Source of the DNA: Octopus bimaculoides
Lineage: Eukaryota
Direction: 5' to 3'
Assembly (NCBI RefSeq): GCF_001194135.2
Contig: NC_068982.1
Span: forward strand, 86,538,110-86,588,646
DNA length: 50,537 bases
This document shows positions 10,497-23,013 of this stretch, piece by piece. The notes below the pieces were generated by a model. It saw only the letters and a list, made by a program, of their open reading frames with translations, searched no databases and was not told where the DNA came from. The position numbers and the translations under genes are program-made. How positions within the stretch are numbered: the stretch's first letter is position 1; every line of letters begins with the position of its first letter.

Positions 10497-13400
10497 TTCT
10501 AGAGAAGACCTGTCTACATCACCAAAAATTGAGTGTTAGAAGCGTTTTGTCCCACCCACATGCAACAATAAACTTTTCACACACCCTACCCTAAGAAACC
10601 GAACTATGTCTCCTCTTCTAAACTGCATCTTTCTCCTCACATTTCCTCTTCGTACCTTAAGGGCATGCCTGACAATTGTCACCATATATCACTCTTCCTT
10701 ACTCTGCCATCCCATCTATGCTCTGATCCTTGTTACTTGTGAGTATACCCTGATACTTCACTACCTTCTCTCTCTTGCTCACTCTTGCACTTTTGCTGCT
10801 TCCCTCTCTCTCTCTTTCCTCTGGTTGGGTAGCCATGTATCTCCTCTACAGCAGTACACCTGTTTCTGCCTTCATTCTTGATCACTCTCTGTCTCCTTCT
10901 CTTGTTTTTCCCTCTGGCTAGGTAACCTAGTATCTCCTTTACATTAGCATACCTGCTTCTGTCCTCTTTGTTGTAACTCTAAAGGGTATCATTCTGTATT
11001 CTGGGAATGCAATCTGCTGTCGGTGCAGAGTGCATCTGTGTCTCAGCGATAATCCTGTGGACCCTATGTAATTCCAGTAGCAACCCGAGAATTTTGGTGG
11101 TCAATGAGGAAACTAGGGATAGAAGAATGGTTAGTGAGAGCTGTGCGAGCCATGTACAGAGACGCTGTTAGTAAGGTGAGGGTTGTCAATGAGTACAGTG
11201 AAGAATTCCGGGTAGAGGTAGGGGTCCACCAAGGTTCAGTCCTCAGCCCCCTCCTATTTATCATAGTCTTCCAGGCTATAACAGAGGAATTCAAGTCAGG
11301 ATGTCCCTGGGAGCTCCTCTATGCTGATGACCTTGCACTAATTGCTGAGTCACTATCAGAACTAGAGGAGAAGTTTCAGGTGTGGAAGCAAGGACTAGAA
11401 TCGAAGGGCCTTAGAGTGACTCTAGCTAAAACCAAAGTCCTAATAAGNNNNNNNNNNNNNNNNNNNNNNNNNNNNNNNNNNNNNNNNNNNNNNNNNNNNN
11501 NNNNNNNNNNNNNNNNNNNNNNNNNNNNNNNNNNNNNNNNNNNNNNNNNNNNNNNNNNNNNNNNNNNNNNNNNNNNNNNNNNNNNNNNNNNNNNNNNNNN
11601 NNNNNNNNNNNNNNNNNNNNNNNNNNNNNNNNNNNNTTAACTAGGAAGTTAGTTTTTGTATGTAGCAGATGTTCAGGAGCTATAAACACTGTGAATGTGC
11701 AGAAAACAACTTCTGCCACATTCCAGGGAGAAAAACTAGACGTAGTTGATAGCTTCCACTATCTAGGTGACCAAGTTAGTAATGGGGGAGGGTGCGCTGA
11801 AAGTGTAGCTGCTAGAATAAGAATAGCCTGGGCAAAGTTCAGAGAGCTCTTACCTCTGCTGGTGACAAGGGGCCTCTCACTCAGAGTAAAAGGCAGACTG
11901 TATGACGCATGTGTACGAACAGCCATGCTTCATGGCAGTGAGACATGGGCTGTGACTGCTGAGGACATGTGTAGGCTCGCAAGAAATGAAGCCAGTATAC
12001 TCCGATACATGTGTAATGTCAGTGTGCATACTAAACAGAGTATTAGTACCTTGAGAGTAAAGTTGAACTTACGAAGCATCAATTGTGGTGTGCAAGAGAG
12101 ACGATTGCGCTGGTATGGTCATGTAACGAGAATGGATGAGGATAGCTGTGTGAAAAGGTGCCACACCCTAGCAGTTGAGGGAACCTGTGGCAGAGGTAGG
12201 CCCAGGAAGACCTGAGATGAGGTGGTGAGGCATGACCTTCGAACATTGGGCCTCACTGAGGCGATGACTTCTGACCGAGACCTTTGGAAATATGCTATGC
12301 GTGAGAAGACCCGGCAAGCCAAGTGAGACTTAAATCTAAGGCCTCAGCCAGTCCACTTATACGTACCTTCCTTCATTGGACACTAAACTCCACTTGCGAA
12401 GACCTATTGAGGCAAGTGAAATCGAAATCGAGTTAAATTGGACACTAAACTCCACTTGCGAAAACCTGTTGAGGCAAGTGAAATTGAAATCGTGTTNNNN
12501 NNNNNNNNNNNNNNNNNNNNNNNNNNNNNNNNNNNNNNNNNNNNNNNNNNNNNNNNNNNNNNNNNNNNNNNNNNNNNNNNNNNNNNNNNNNNNNNNNNNN
12601 NNNNNNNNNNNNNNNNNNNNNNNNNNNNNNNNNNNNNNNNNNNNNNNNNNNNNNNNNNNNNNNNNNNNNNNNNNNNNNNNNNNNNNNNNNNNNNNNNNNN
12701 NNNNNNNNNNNNNNNNNNNNNNNNNNNNNNNNNNNNNNNNNNNNNNNNNNNNNNNNNNNNNNNNNNNNNNNNNNNNNNNNNNNNNNNNNNNNNNNNNNNN
12801 NNNNNNNNNNNNNNNNNNNNNNNNNNNNNNNNNNNNNNNNNNNNNNNNNNNNNNNNNNNNNNNNNNNNNNNNNNNNNNNNNNNNNNNNNNNNNNNNNNNN
12901 NNNNNNNNNNNNNNNNNNNNNNNNNNNNNNNNNNNNNNNNNNNNNNNNNNNNNNNNNNNNNNNNNNNNNNNNNNNNNNNNNNNNNNNNNNNNNNNNNNNN
13001 NNNNNNNNNNNNNNNNNNNNNNNNNNNNNNNNNNNNNNNNNNNNNNNNNNNNNNNNNNNNNNNNNNNNNNNNNNNNNNNNNNNNNNNNNNNNNNNNNNNN
13101 NNNNNNNNNNNNNNNNNNNNNNNNNNNNNNNNNNNNNNNNNNNNNNNNNNNNNNNNNNNNNNNNNNNNNNNNNNNNNNNNNNNNNNNNNNNNNNNNNNNN
13201 NNNNNNNNNNNNNNNNNNNNNNNNNNNNNNNNNNNNNNNNNNNNNNNNNNNNNNNNGTGCGTGTGGCACATAAAATACACCATTTTGAGCGTGGCCGTTG
13301 CCAGTACCGCCTGACTGGCCTTTGTGCCGGTGGCACGTAAAAGCACCCACTACACTCTCTGAGTGGTTGGCGTTAGGAAGGGCATCCAGCTGTAGAAACT

Positions 13401-13522
13401 CTGCCAAATCAGATTGGAGCCTGGTGTAGCCATCTGGTTTCACCAGACCTCACTCAAATCGTCCAACCCATGCTAGCATGGAAAGCAGACGTTAAACGAC
13501 GACGACGATGATGATGATGATG
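10497..13522 (+). mobile_element. RTE-clade LINE copy 1 (RT C-terminal part + 3' UTR with (GAT)n tail), gapped
   Basis: GVHQGSVLSPLLF, LLYADDLAL, SFHYLGD, LHGSETW, RRLRWYGHV, GRGRPRKT. Near-identical to 28440-29620. Tail ends in (GAC)n(GAT)n. The pyrimidine-rich 10497-11090 segment is only inferred to be the element's 5' UTR. Confidence 0.88.
12376..12496 (+). repeat. ~62-bp tandem duplication in RTE 3' UTR
   Basis: TTGGACACTAAACTCCACTTGCGAA...GAGGCAAGTGAAATCGAAATCG occurs twice in tandem; it is single-copy in the homologous 29685-29740. Confidence 0.85.
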
Positions 13523-13774
13523 AAATCAGGTTTTCTGAGGCACAAGTAAAGTCAGATTTGATTTTGAATTTTTGTCTCTCTTTAAAAAGGAATTCTGATC
13601 CTTCTAGAAGGATGGGACATGTTGCGCAATATATATATATAGCTCTTCAACAACTAGAACCTGCTCTATCCTAACCTCTTCCCCCACTCCTTAACCCTAA
13701 TCTAACATACAGATGTAACATCCTCTTTCCTTGGGTTTGTTGACTTATAAGCTACATTGTGATCTGAATAGTAT

Positions 13775-13920
13775 TGGTGGTACGAAAAAGCATACTGTAT
13801 GCACTGTAAAGTAGTTGGCATTAGGAAGGCATTGAGCTATGGAAACCATACCAAAGCAGACAATGGAGTATGATGTAGTCCTTGACTCAAACTGTCCAAC
13901 CTGTGTCAGCATGTAAAGTG
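13775..13920 (+). mobile_element. Degenerate SINE/RTE-type 3' tail
   Basis: GTTGGCATTAGGAAGGCATTGAGCTATGGAAACC...TCCAACCTGTGTCAGCATGTAAAGTGGATGTTTGATGATG resembles 13370-13520. Confidence 0.6.
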
Positions 13921-14623
13921 GATGTTTGATGATGGTGATGTGCTATGTTTTCTCTTTGCATCCAACATAACTAAAATCGTATCTGCTCCTTTAAACTCGC
14001 AAGCTATATTCTACCCGAATACAAACTCAATTAATGCTTCTGTTTCTATATCCCATGCCACTCCATACTAAAGACTTCATTAATCATTCCTTTCAAAAAT
14101 TGAAACCAACTAGATTTTCTCCAATGTCTTCATTTTTGTTATAGGCAAAAGTGCAAGCTAGACATCAATTACACCAATTTTATTAGTCTAAATCAACCTC
14201 AATTCTTATAGACATTGCCCTCCTGCTTTGGGCAAAATAATTAATGTGTTTATTTTAGTTAACTGAGAATGTTAAAACACAAAGTTAGTCTGCATGAGAG
14301 AATAGTTCAGAATGTAAAGAGATATTTGTTGAGATGTATAAATAAAAATTAAAAAACTGTTTGCTGGTTTTGCAGATAGATATATTGACATTACAAATAA
14401 TTACTTTGACATTGCCACTGCTGCCAATGACATTGAAGATTTGTGTAAAAATTGAAATAAATCAGTTCAAGTAAATACACTGTCTGATAATCTGCTTCAG
14501 TAGATTCATCCAATTTAATCCAATTTCAAGAGTAATTTTCCACATTTATAAAGCTTCTTGTATTTTAATAGGAAAACTCTCATCAGCAATCAGTGTTTTA
14601 TACTGTCATTTTATGATTTTTTC

Positions 14624-14654
<31 letters not shown>

Positions 14655-14670
14655 TACAACAAAATTTTAT

Positions 14671-14735
14671 ATAGAGTTACACAAGGTTTTGTACCCACAA
14701 AGCTAAAGCCTTGTGGACAGTTTGTCAGACTCTAT
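14671..14735 (-). ncRNA. Hammerhead motif, mutated core
   Basis: Same fold as 14838-14902 but CTGACAA (G8A) and AAAA (G12A); both changes are CpG-type transitions. Confidence 0.65.
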
Positions 14736-14837
14736 ATAGAGGAAATGGCTCATAATCATTAACATTTTTTCATATTCCTCTTATTCTGAGCATTTCTTCA
14801 TGTCTGTGACGTAGATATTTTAAAATTTAGTATTCAT

Positions 14838-14902
14838 ATAGAGTCTGACGAGCTGTCAACAAGGCTTTAGCTTTGTGGAGGCGAAACCTTGGGTAACTCT
14901 GT
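14838..14902 (+). ncRNA. Type I hammerhead ribozyme motif, canonical core
   Basis: ATAGAGT-CTGACGA-GCTGTCAACAAGGCTTTAGCTTTGTGGAGGC-GAAA-CCTTGGG-TA-ACTCTGT: 7-bp stem I, G-C-closed stem II, short stem III, predicted cleavage after A14895. Confidence 0.8.
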
Positions 14903-15777
14903 ATAAAATTTTGTTGTAATAATTACTGCNNNNNNNNNNNNNNNNNNNNNNNNNNNNNNNNNNNNNNNNNNNNNNNNNNNNNNNNNNNNNNNNNNNNNNN
15001 NNNNNNNNNNNNNNNNNNNNNNNNNNNNNNNNNNNNNNNNNNNNNNNNNNNNNNNNNNNNNNNNNNNNNNNNNNNNNNNNNNNNNNNNNNNATATAATGT
15101 TCCCACAGTTAAAACATATACTTTACAACTAGATACCATCCAAATGTTAACTATCCAATTAAAAAATGGTATATCTAATATTTTACTTAATGTCTTCAGT
15201 GTTTCCATGTGCTAATAAATATTGCTTTATTCATATTTGCTCAAATCCACTCTTGGAAAAGATTCTAACCTAAAGTAATATTTCCTGAACATCTGATAAC
15301 TATTTCTCAAAGTTAGGTGCCAGTGTCTTATATGTTCAAGTATTCATATAACCACAACTTAATTTACACTGAAAAGCTTCATCTCATGTCATTTTCAATT
15401 AGTATTCGACTATTGAATTAATCAATTACTATAAATTTACCAAATTTTTTTCTTTGCTGAGCTCCAGCTTAGAACAGCGAATCACAAGTAAAAGCTAAGA
15501 AAATGGTAAGATGATGAGCCAAGTGAATAGGATTTATCAGTTCGTGGTTCACAGCTGTATTAATGTTGCAGGCATTTTGTTGAGTTTCTAGAATAGGCCA
15601 CTTAATTCTATGTGTTTTACTTTTTACATGCTATTTCTAAAAGAAATACATTATATCCATAGTAAACATCTTTCATATTTCAAATTTTATGCACTGGCTT
15701 TATGAACCAGTATTTCTGAGGAAAGATAAAAATACAAATCCTTTTTCACAGATATTCTGAATGATTTCCTTTTTTAG

Positions 15778-15889
15778 TGCTGCTTGCTGAAATCATTCAT
15801 CAGCACCAACCAAAATTAGTGGAACTTCACAATTACACTCCAGTGAATGCAACCAAACAGAAAATGGAAAACCTCTACCTTTTGAATAG
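15778..15889 (+). CDS. SPEF1: SPEF1 coding exon 2
   Basis: TTTTTAG acceptor; (V)LLAEIIHQHQPKLVELHNYTPVNATKQKMENLYLLN(R) matches SPEF1 VLVAEVIK...PKMVEMHNYVPANS.QQK..N...LNR. Donor GTAATA; phase 1 to phase 2. Confidence 0.93.
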
Positions 15890-16361
15890 GTAATATCATA
15901 ACTTTTAATATACTTTTTTTATCTTATGAAAACTTAAAATATTTTATGTCACAGTATCAACTTGAGATTAGTATTGTTGGTTATCATAATATGCTTGTAT
16001 ATAAGTTGTGGCTCTTTAGTGTTTGCATTTTATCTTTTGTCTTTGTTTTCTTCATAAATTGCATGTTACTTTTCATAAATGCTTTTTGCAGCTTCACATG
16101 CAGTTGCAAATTAAAAAAATGCATGTAGCTGAAATAGTCACTATCATTACCAATACAATGTAAAAAGGTCATGAAGCCATAACTATCAGAACCATATGTT
16201 ACTATGATCTATATCTGAAATGAACAGATTAATCAGTGATTTTAAATAGCCATTCCAGATTGACTGACATTATATTCTGGATCTACTGTACAACTACTAG
16301 TGGACAGCATATATATGATTCACACATGTGAAATATGAAATCACAAAATGCTTATATATGC

Positions 16362-16415
16362 AGTGGTGCTCCAGCATGACTGCAGCCGCATGGCTGAAAC
16401 GAATAAAAGAATAAA
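16362..16415 (+). mobile_element. SINE 3' tail fragment
   Basis: GGTGCTCCAGCATGACTGCAGCC...GGCTGAAACGAATAAAAGAATAA resembles the 3' end of the CR1-like LINE at 18560-18600 (- strand CAGCATGGCCACAGCTCTAAGCTGAAAC). Confidence 0.5.
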
Positions 16416-16640
16416 TTAGAAGAATATATATATGAGAGGCATTGGTATCCAGAAGACCCAAGGTGGCAGGTAAAGCTATGTAAGTGCTTTGGAAGGACCG
16501 TAGTTAAACCCTCAGTTTGATAATAATACGAGTGAGGATTTTAACGTGGGTCTTGTATGAGCATGTATATGTTAAATAAAATGAGACAACAAAGCCAAGG
16601 TTGTGTGGAATTTATAGGACATTTATGAAGAGAAAGTTAG

Positions 16641-16686
16641 TCTTACAGCTGTTTCTGGGATATTAGGGATATCCCTTCATCAGCAA
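16641..16686 (-). ncRNA. Minimal hammerhead motif (core intact, stem I weak)
   Basis: CTGATGA-A-GGGATAT-CCCTA-ATATCCC-A-GAAA-CAGCTG-TA-AGAC; palindromic stem III (CAGCTG). Confidence 0.65.
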
Positions 16687-17295
16687 TGATGTGAGAATGG
16701 TTAAATAGAGGGAAATAGTAGAGTTCAATATAAGTACCTTTCTAACATATCATCCCACCTCCCACTCCTCACACATATTCATTCCTTACATTCTTATCTC
16801 TTCCTATCCCTCCCCTACTCCTCTCCCATCCCCTTCATAATATCTTGACCACCAACTAACACTCCTTTTTTCATTTTCTCTTCCTCTTTCTTTCTTTCTT
16901 TCTTTCCTCACCTATTCCTTTTGATCATTTTAACATATACATCTTTTCTCTCCTCTCTATCTACTTAATACTATGTCTACATTCTCAAAATTTCATTCAC
17001 ACCACAAGACCTCTTTGAATGAACAGCACATGGAATCTACATCTTCACACTTTCCATTTGTAATGACAAAATATGAATTCCTGTCGGAATTTACATACCA
17101 TGGACAAGAAGCATTTCTATCACTTCTACACACCACTTTCCTTGGATAATGGAACTGCAACTATAACATCCTACATATATCTTTATTTTTAATTTTATTC
17201 TCTTATTTCTCTTTATACTTCTTATTTCTATCCTTTTCCCAAATAACCCCTATATTGAACTCTACTATTTCCCTCTATTTAACCATCTCACATCA

Positions 17296-17341
17296 TCCCT
17301 GGTGAAGCGATATCCCTGATGCTCCAGAAACAGCTGTAAGA
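17296..17341 (+). ncRNA. Minimal hammerhead motif, mutated core
   Basis: CTGGTGA (A6G)...GAAA-CAGCTG-TA-AGAC with an eroded stem II. Confidence 0.55.
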
Positions 17342-17412
17342 CTAACTTTCTCTTCATAAATGTCCTGAAAATTCCACACACCCTTAACTTTGTTGCCTCA
17401 TTTTATTCAACG

Positions 17413-17446
17413 CACGCGCGTGTGCGCACACACACTCACACGCACG

Positions 17447-17493
<47 letters not shown>
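17413..17493. repeat. (AC)n microsatellite running into an assembly gap
   Basis: Direct reading. Confidence 0.95.
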
Positions 17494-18559
17494 NNNNNNN
17501 NNNNNNNNNNNNNNNNNNNNNNNNNNNNNNNNNNNNNNNNNNNNNNNNNNNNNNNNNNNNNNNNNNNNNNNNNNNNNNNNNNNNNNNNNNNNNNNNNNNN
17601 NNNNNNNNNNNNNNNNNNNNNNNNNNNNNNNNNNNNNNNNNNNNNNNNNNNNNNNNNNNNNNNNNNNNNNNNNNNNNNNNNNNNNNNNNNNNNNNNNNNN
17701 NNNNNNNNNNNNNNNNNNNNNNNNNNNNNNNNNNNNNNNNNNNNNNNNNNNNNNNNNNNNNNNNNNNNNNNNNNNNNNNNNNNNNNNNNNNNNNNNNNNN
17801 NNNNNNNNNNNNNNNNNNNNNNNNNNNNNNNNNNNNNNNNNNNNNNNNNNNNNNNNNNNNNNNNNNNNNNNNNNNNNNNNNNNNNNNNNNNNNNNNNNNN
17901 NNNNNNNNNNNNNNNNNNNNNNNNNNNNNNNNNNNNNNNNNNNNNNNNNNNNNNNNNNNNNNNNNNNNNNNNNNNNNNNNNNNNNNNNNNNNNNNNNNNN
18001 NNNNNNNNNNNNNNNNNNNNNNNNNNNNNNNNNNNNNNNNNNNNNNNNNNNNNNNNNNNNNNNNNNNNNNNNNNNNNNNNNNNNNNNNNNNNNNNNNNNN
18101 NNNNNNNNNNNNNNNNNNNNNNNNNNNNNNNNNNNNNNNNNNNNNNNNNNNNNNNNNNNNNNNNNNNNNNNNNNNNNNNNNNNNNGAAATAAACAAACAA
18201 AAAGGCTGTACAGCCAGACGTGAAGTGTGTATGTCTTGAACGCTGTGAAGCACGTACAGGAGGGGCAAAGATGTACGTGCGAGCTTGGTGATTCAAAGAA
18301 CGAAAAGAAATAGCAGCCGGACACACGTGACCAAGGTTGTGTGAAGAGAAAGAGTAGCAGAGGGAAAAGGAGGGGAGGAAGTAGAATAAAAGTGAGCAAC
18401 GAGAGGTAGAGAGAGAGAGAGAGATAGTAGTAGTAATGGTGAGAGGCGAAGGACGAGTAACAAGAGAGAGAGAGAGAAGTGGTGACAGGTAGAGGCGAAG
18501 AATAGTAGAGGGAAGAATGAGAGGGGGGGATAGAAATAGAGGGAGTCGCATTTATTGTT

Positions 18560-21500
18560 TCTGTAGTTTCAGCTTAGAGCTGTGGCCATGCTGATGCACT
18601 GCCGTTTTGCTACACTTTTATTACTGAGAGCCTCTTCCAATATGTGGCATTTGGTGAAGAATGGAATTTGATGTAGCTACCCTCATTTGCACCTCTTGCC
18701 GTGAGGTAGGTTTATCTGGGACTCTCAACAGGAAGAGGTCCAATTTGATTTTAAAATGCCTACATCTACTTTGTGCTGCTTCCTCAGGCTCTTTGAGAGA
18801 ATATTAAAAAGCTGTGGGCCCCTGAAACCCAGGCTGTTGCAGTAACTGGTCCTGAAGCGCGATGGTATTGCTGGAATCCTTGGCACTATGCAGTGTCGTC
18901 CCATTCTGGCATTGGTGTAGCTTTCAATGCCAAAATTTGGCACAATTCCTTCCAGGATCCTCCAGATGTATATTACTGCATACCTCTCCCGCCTTCTCTC
19001 CAGCCTTCTCTCCAGGGAGTAGAGTCTTAGCTATTTCAGCCTTTCCCAGTAGCTGAGAAGTCAGAAAGAGATGATCTTCTTTGTGAATCTTCTCTGGATT
19101 GCTTCCAGGTCCACTGTTAATTTCACACTGGTGGGTGACCATAGCTGTGAGCAGTAATCCAGGTGGCTGAGGATGAATGTCCTCCAGAGGACCATCATGG
19201 TTTCCTTATCTCTGGTTCTGAATATTCTCAGGATCCATCCAGCCAGTCGTCTGCACTGTGTCGCCATCCTAGTAATGTGCACTTGGAAAGAGGTATCATC
19301 ACTCATGTCAATACCCAGGTCCCTCACTGATTTAGGCTCTGGGATTGAAATTCCCTGTGGACCAGTGTACCCTGTAAGTTTCATATTCAGTTTTGGACAC
19401 TGGTAGTGCAGGGCTTGGAATTTTTCAGCATTAAAATGCATTTAATTATCCTCAGCCCATCTGTAAATTGAGTCCAACTCCTGCTGCAGATGTGCAACAT
19501 CACTGGAGTTCTGTATTTTCTGCGAGACTTTCGTATCGTCTGCGTAGCTTACAAGGGTGGCTATCCGGGCACTTGAGGGCATAATTGAGAGGGTCACTAT
19601 AAAACGCAGTGGTCCCAAGACAGTGTTCTGTGGAACACCACTCACTATTTGTGTTTTCATAGAGGTGGCTCCATTATCCACTACTGCCTGACTTCTATCT
19701 TTCAGAAAGTCATGTAACCACTCTACAAGTTTTCCAGCTATGCTGAAATCATGCAGTTTGTGGCATATCATATCATGATCCACCTTGTCAAAAGCTTTTG
19801 CAAAATCAAGATATATTATGTCCATATTTGAGTTGTTGAGTAACTGCCTCAACACCCAGGCATAATGTTGTAAGAGCTGGGTCAGGTAGCTCCTACCTGG
19901 TCGAAAACCATGCTGGATATCACTCAGCAAGTTATTTTCTTCAAGAAATGCGATTAGTTTCCCTCTGATTATCCATTCCATGACTTTGCTGATGTGTGAA
20001 GTCAGAGAGATAGGCCTATAGTTTTTGGCATCTTCTCTGCTTCCCCCGTTATGGATTGGGCATATTATTAACTTCCTTCAGCTTGCTTGGCAGTCTGCCA
20101 TTTGTAAGAAAGCTCTGGAAAAAAATCTGGAGGGGTTTTTCCAGGGCATGCTTACATGATTTGAGGAGGATTGCCGGGAAGCCATCAGGACCAGCAGTTG
20201 AGTTTGTATCCACTTCATCTATGGCTAGTAGTATATCTTCTTAGCTAATGTCAATGTATTCCATCGTAACTGCCTTGCTGGTTATAGGTGAGGCGGCAAA
20301 GAAGTCCACTGGTTCGTTCACTTGTCCGTGTTCCAACGGGGTGGTAAAGACACTTTTGAACTGGTCATTCAGTGCCTCACTGATCCTAGTTGGACTGTCT
20401 GTGAGGGAGCCATCCTTTTGGAAGAGGGGTCCTATCTTGCAGCATACTGAGGCTGTTTCTTTCGCGTAATGAAAGAAGGCCTTTGAGTTTGACTTAATGT
20501 TTTTTATAACCCAGGCTTCTTTGTCTGCTTTCTCCCTCACATAGGATTGTTGCAGCTCTTTTTCAATCTCCATCAGTGTTATTTTTAGGCGGGATCTTTC
20601 ACTACTTTTGGGATGTTGGTTGAGTTGATTTGCAACCTTCATTTGTTGTCTCACGAGAATCTTCCTCTCCCTTGGAATCTTGTTCCTATTTGTGTTGGCC
20701 TTGTACTCTGGGACTTATTTCTGGCATATGGCTTGCACAAGAGACATGAAACATTCTAGTTTCATGTCAATGTCTGGTGGGGAGAGACATTTTGGCCAGT
20801 CCTCTCTGAGGATCTCTTTTTGGATCGATTTCCAGTCTGCTTTGTGGAAGTTTAGATTGGAGAGATTTTGGGTGTTTCTTTTAGGCTGTATGTCTCTTGT
20901 TACTTTCGGCCAAACATAGACAGCTCTATTATGTTGTGACTCGAGACTAATGTCGGTGTTACTTTCACATCATGAATGATGTCCATATTGTTAGTGAAGC
21001 AGATATCCAGAATGTTATTCGCCCTAGATGGTCTGAGTACAGCTTGATCCATGAATAGGGCATTGGTGAGGTTGAGCAGGGACTCCACCTGCGCTTGCTT
21101 GCAATGAGTCATTCCTGAGAGTATGAGACCTTCGGGCCATTTGACGTTGGGGAAGTTGAAATCACCCATAGAAAATATGGTCACATGGTGTTCCAGTTTC
21201 ATGAGGATTTCTTTAATTCTTGTGATGCAATCTTCGAACTTGCCTATGTGGTTTGGAGCATCCGGTGGGCAATATGTATTGCATATGACTATATTATGTT
21301 GTCTTATGTATACAATTAGAGTGTTACATTCCGAATTTGAGTATGACAGTAAGACCTGGGGTGTGAGTTTGTCTTGGATGTATACAGGAACTCCACCATG
21401 GCTCCTTTCCCTTCTGTCTGTTCGCAGTATGGCATATTTTGGTACGTGTACTTCTGCATCCTCTATATCAGGGCTGAGGTGAGTTTCCACGAGTGCTATG

Positions 21501-21787
21501 CATAGGGCTTGATTGCATGCAGCAAGATCTCTCAGGAAAGAAATTTTGCTTTTATTATGATGCAACAGGCCCCCAATATTTAGTAAAAATATTGGCATGA
21601 TGACTGTGTAGGCATTAGGGGAGGCCATCCCGTGTCTGTTGACTGTGGTGGTCTTGTGCAGTGGTGGGCAAGGTTTCTTGTTTGTGCTTGGTGTAGCCAG
21701 GTCAGCTGCTGCACAATCTTTTGCGCCATGTACAAAAAAAATCTCATGCTCAGCTGCTGCATTGCGCATAACCTCTGAAGAGCGCAC
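18560..21787 (-). mobile_element. CR1/L2-type LINE (APE endonuclease + RT), degenerate
   Basis: FLLNIGGL, LCIALVETHL, MGDFNFP, NILDICFTN (APE); YRPISLTSH, QHGFRPGRS, YLDFAKAFDKVDH, GVPQNTVLGPL, YADDTK, LDYCSQLWSP (RT); stops and frameshifts. Confidence 0.9.
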
Positions 21788-22292
21788 TTCTTTTGGTCGC
21801 TATAATAAAAGTTGAATGAAAATTATAGTGAGAATTCTCAGAAAGTAAACAAAGATGAAGTCGTAACTCAAATATTACCTATGATAAAAGAAAATAAACA
21901 AATGAAAAGGATACTTATTCACAAGAGGTAAAATTCCAAATCCTTGTTCTTGTATGTAGAAGTTTTCTTTCAAAAACAATTCTTTTTTGTTTCTTACATT
22001 TGGCTGCAAATAAAAGTACGACTTGTAACCATGTGGTTTTTCGATGATAACTCTAGCTTGTGTCACTGACTTTAATGTACCATATTAAAGTTTTAGTGTA
22101 ATATATTACGTCTTTTTTTTAATCAATATATTATGGTACATCATTATGAAGTAACAAGTACTACGTTTTTCTCAGTTTTAGCAGATTTTTTTTCGTCGAT
22201 TTATGCAATCCCATTTTGGCTGTTTCAGGAGAATGAAAAAGCACATCTTTCTTCAACAAAACCAGAATAATATATATATATATATATATATA

Positions 22293-23013
22293 TTCTATAA
22301 AATCACCATTGGCTTGAGCCATGGTCTCCAGATGACTTTGTAATCTGCAACTCTTCTGGATGGTTTCCTTGTTTAAGTTGGTGAATGCTGCCATAATCCT
22401 TGCCTTCAATTCATCTTTGGTGTTATAAGGAGTTTTGTTGGTCTCTCACTCAACTGTGCTCCACACATAGTAATCAAGGGGGTTGCAGTGTGGGGAGTTA
22501 GGTGACCAGATGTTAGGGGTGATGTGGTTGCTGAAATAGTGTGACTGGGTTCTCCTGTTTGTGTGGCATGGTGCAGAGTCCTGTTGCCAGACATAGGGTC
22601 TTCCAGCATCCAGCCTCTTTACCCAGAGTAGCACTACTTCCTCCAGGTACTTGATATAGGCCACCGTGTTGAGTGTGAGGCCATGTGGGAACATGAATGG
22701 AGGCATAACATCGCCATCACTAGTGATCACTCCAAACACCATGTTGTTGACTGGATGCTTGGTTTTTATCACTCTTGGTACATATCCTCAGATTGACACC
22801 CGAACACTCTGAAATGTTTATATCGGAGCTTCTGATGTGAATGCCAAGCAGTACAGCATATTGTTTCCAAATTTCTGGCAGTGTGAATTGTCATACCGTT
22901 TTTCTCACAGATGATGTCCGACTATACCGTGTAGTCGACAAAATCAAAAACAAACAATGCACATGCACGAAATTAAAAATATAAAATGGCAACAATTTAC
23001 CCATCGTACTCTG
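22293..23013 (-). mobile_element. Tc1/mariner-superfamily (maT-like) transposon remnant, internally deleted
   Basis: MVFGVITSDG, WQQDSAPCH, WSPNSPHCNPLDYYVW. The 5' end begins CAGAGTACGATGGGTAAATTG next to TA at 23014-23015; the other TIR is not seen. Confidence 0.85.

Larger units (their letters stand above)
14652..14921. mobile_element. Palindromic element with 86-bp inverted arms, each carrying a hammerhead motif
   Basis: Arms 14652-14737 and 14836-14921 are ~90% reverse-complementary; adjacent to (TA)n. Confidence 0.85.
16430..17412. mobile_element. Mini Penelope-like remnant with ~165-bp inverted terminal units carrying hammerhead motifs
   Basis: 16571-16741 is the reverse complement of 17252-17412. 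The spacer has faint GIY-YIG-like traces (TTRPL, QEAFL..LHTTF). 16430-16560 (-) is homologous to 25500-25640 (+). Confidence 0.65.

Noticed and set aside
22205-22262. TTGAAGA...GAAACAGCC (- strand) hammerhead-like string
   Set aside because: Stem II pairs poorly and there is no TH cleavage site or stem I.
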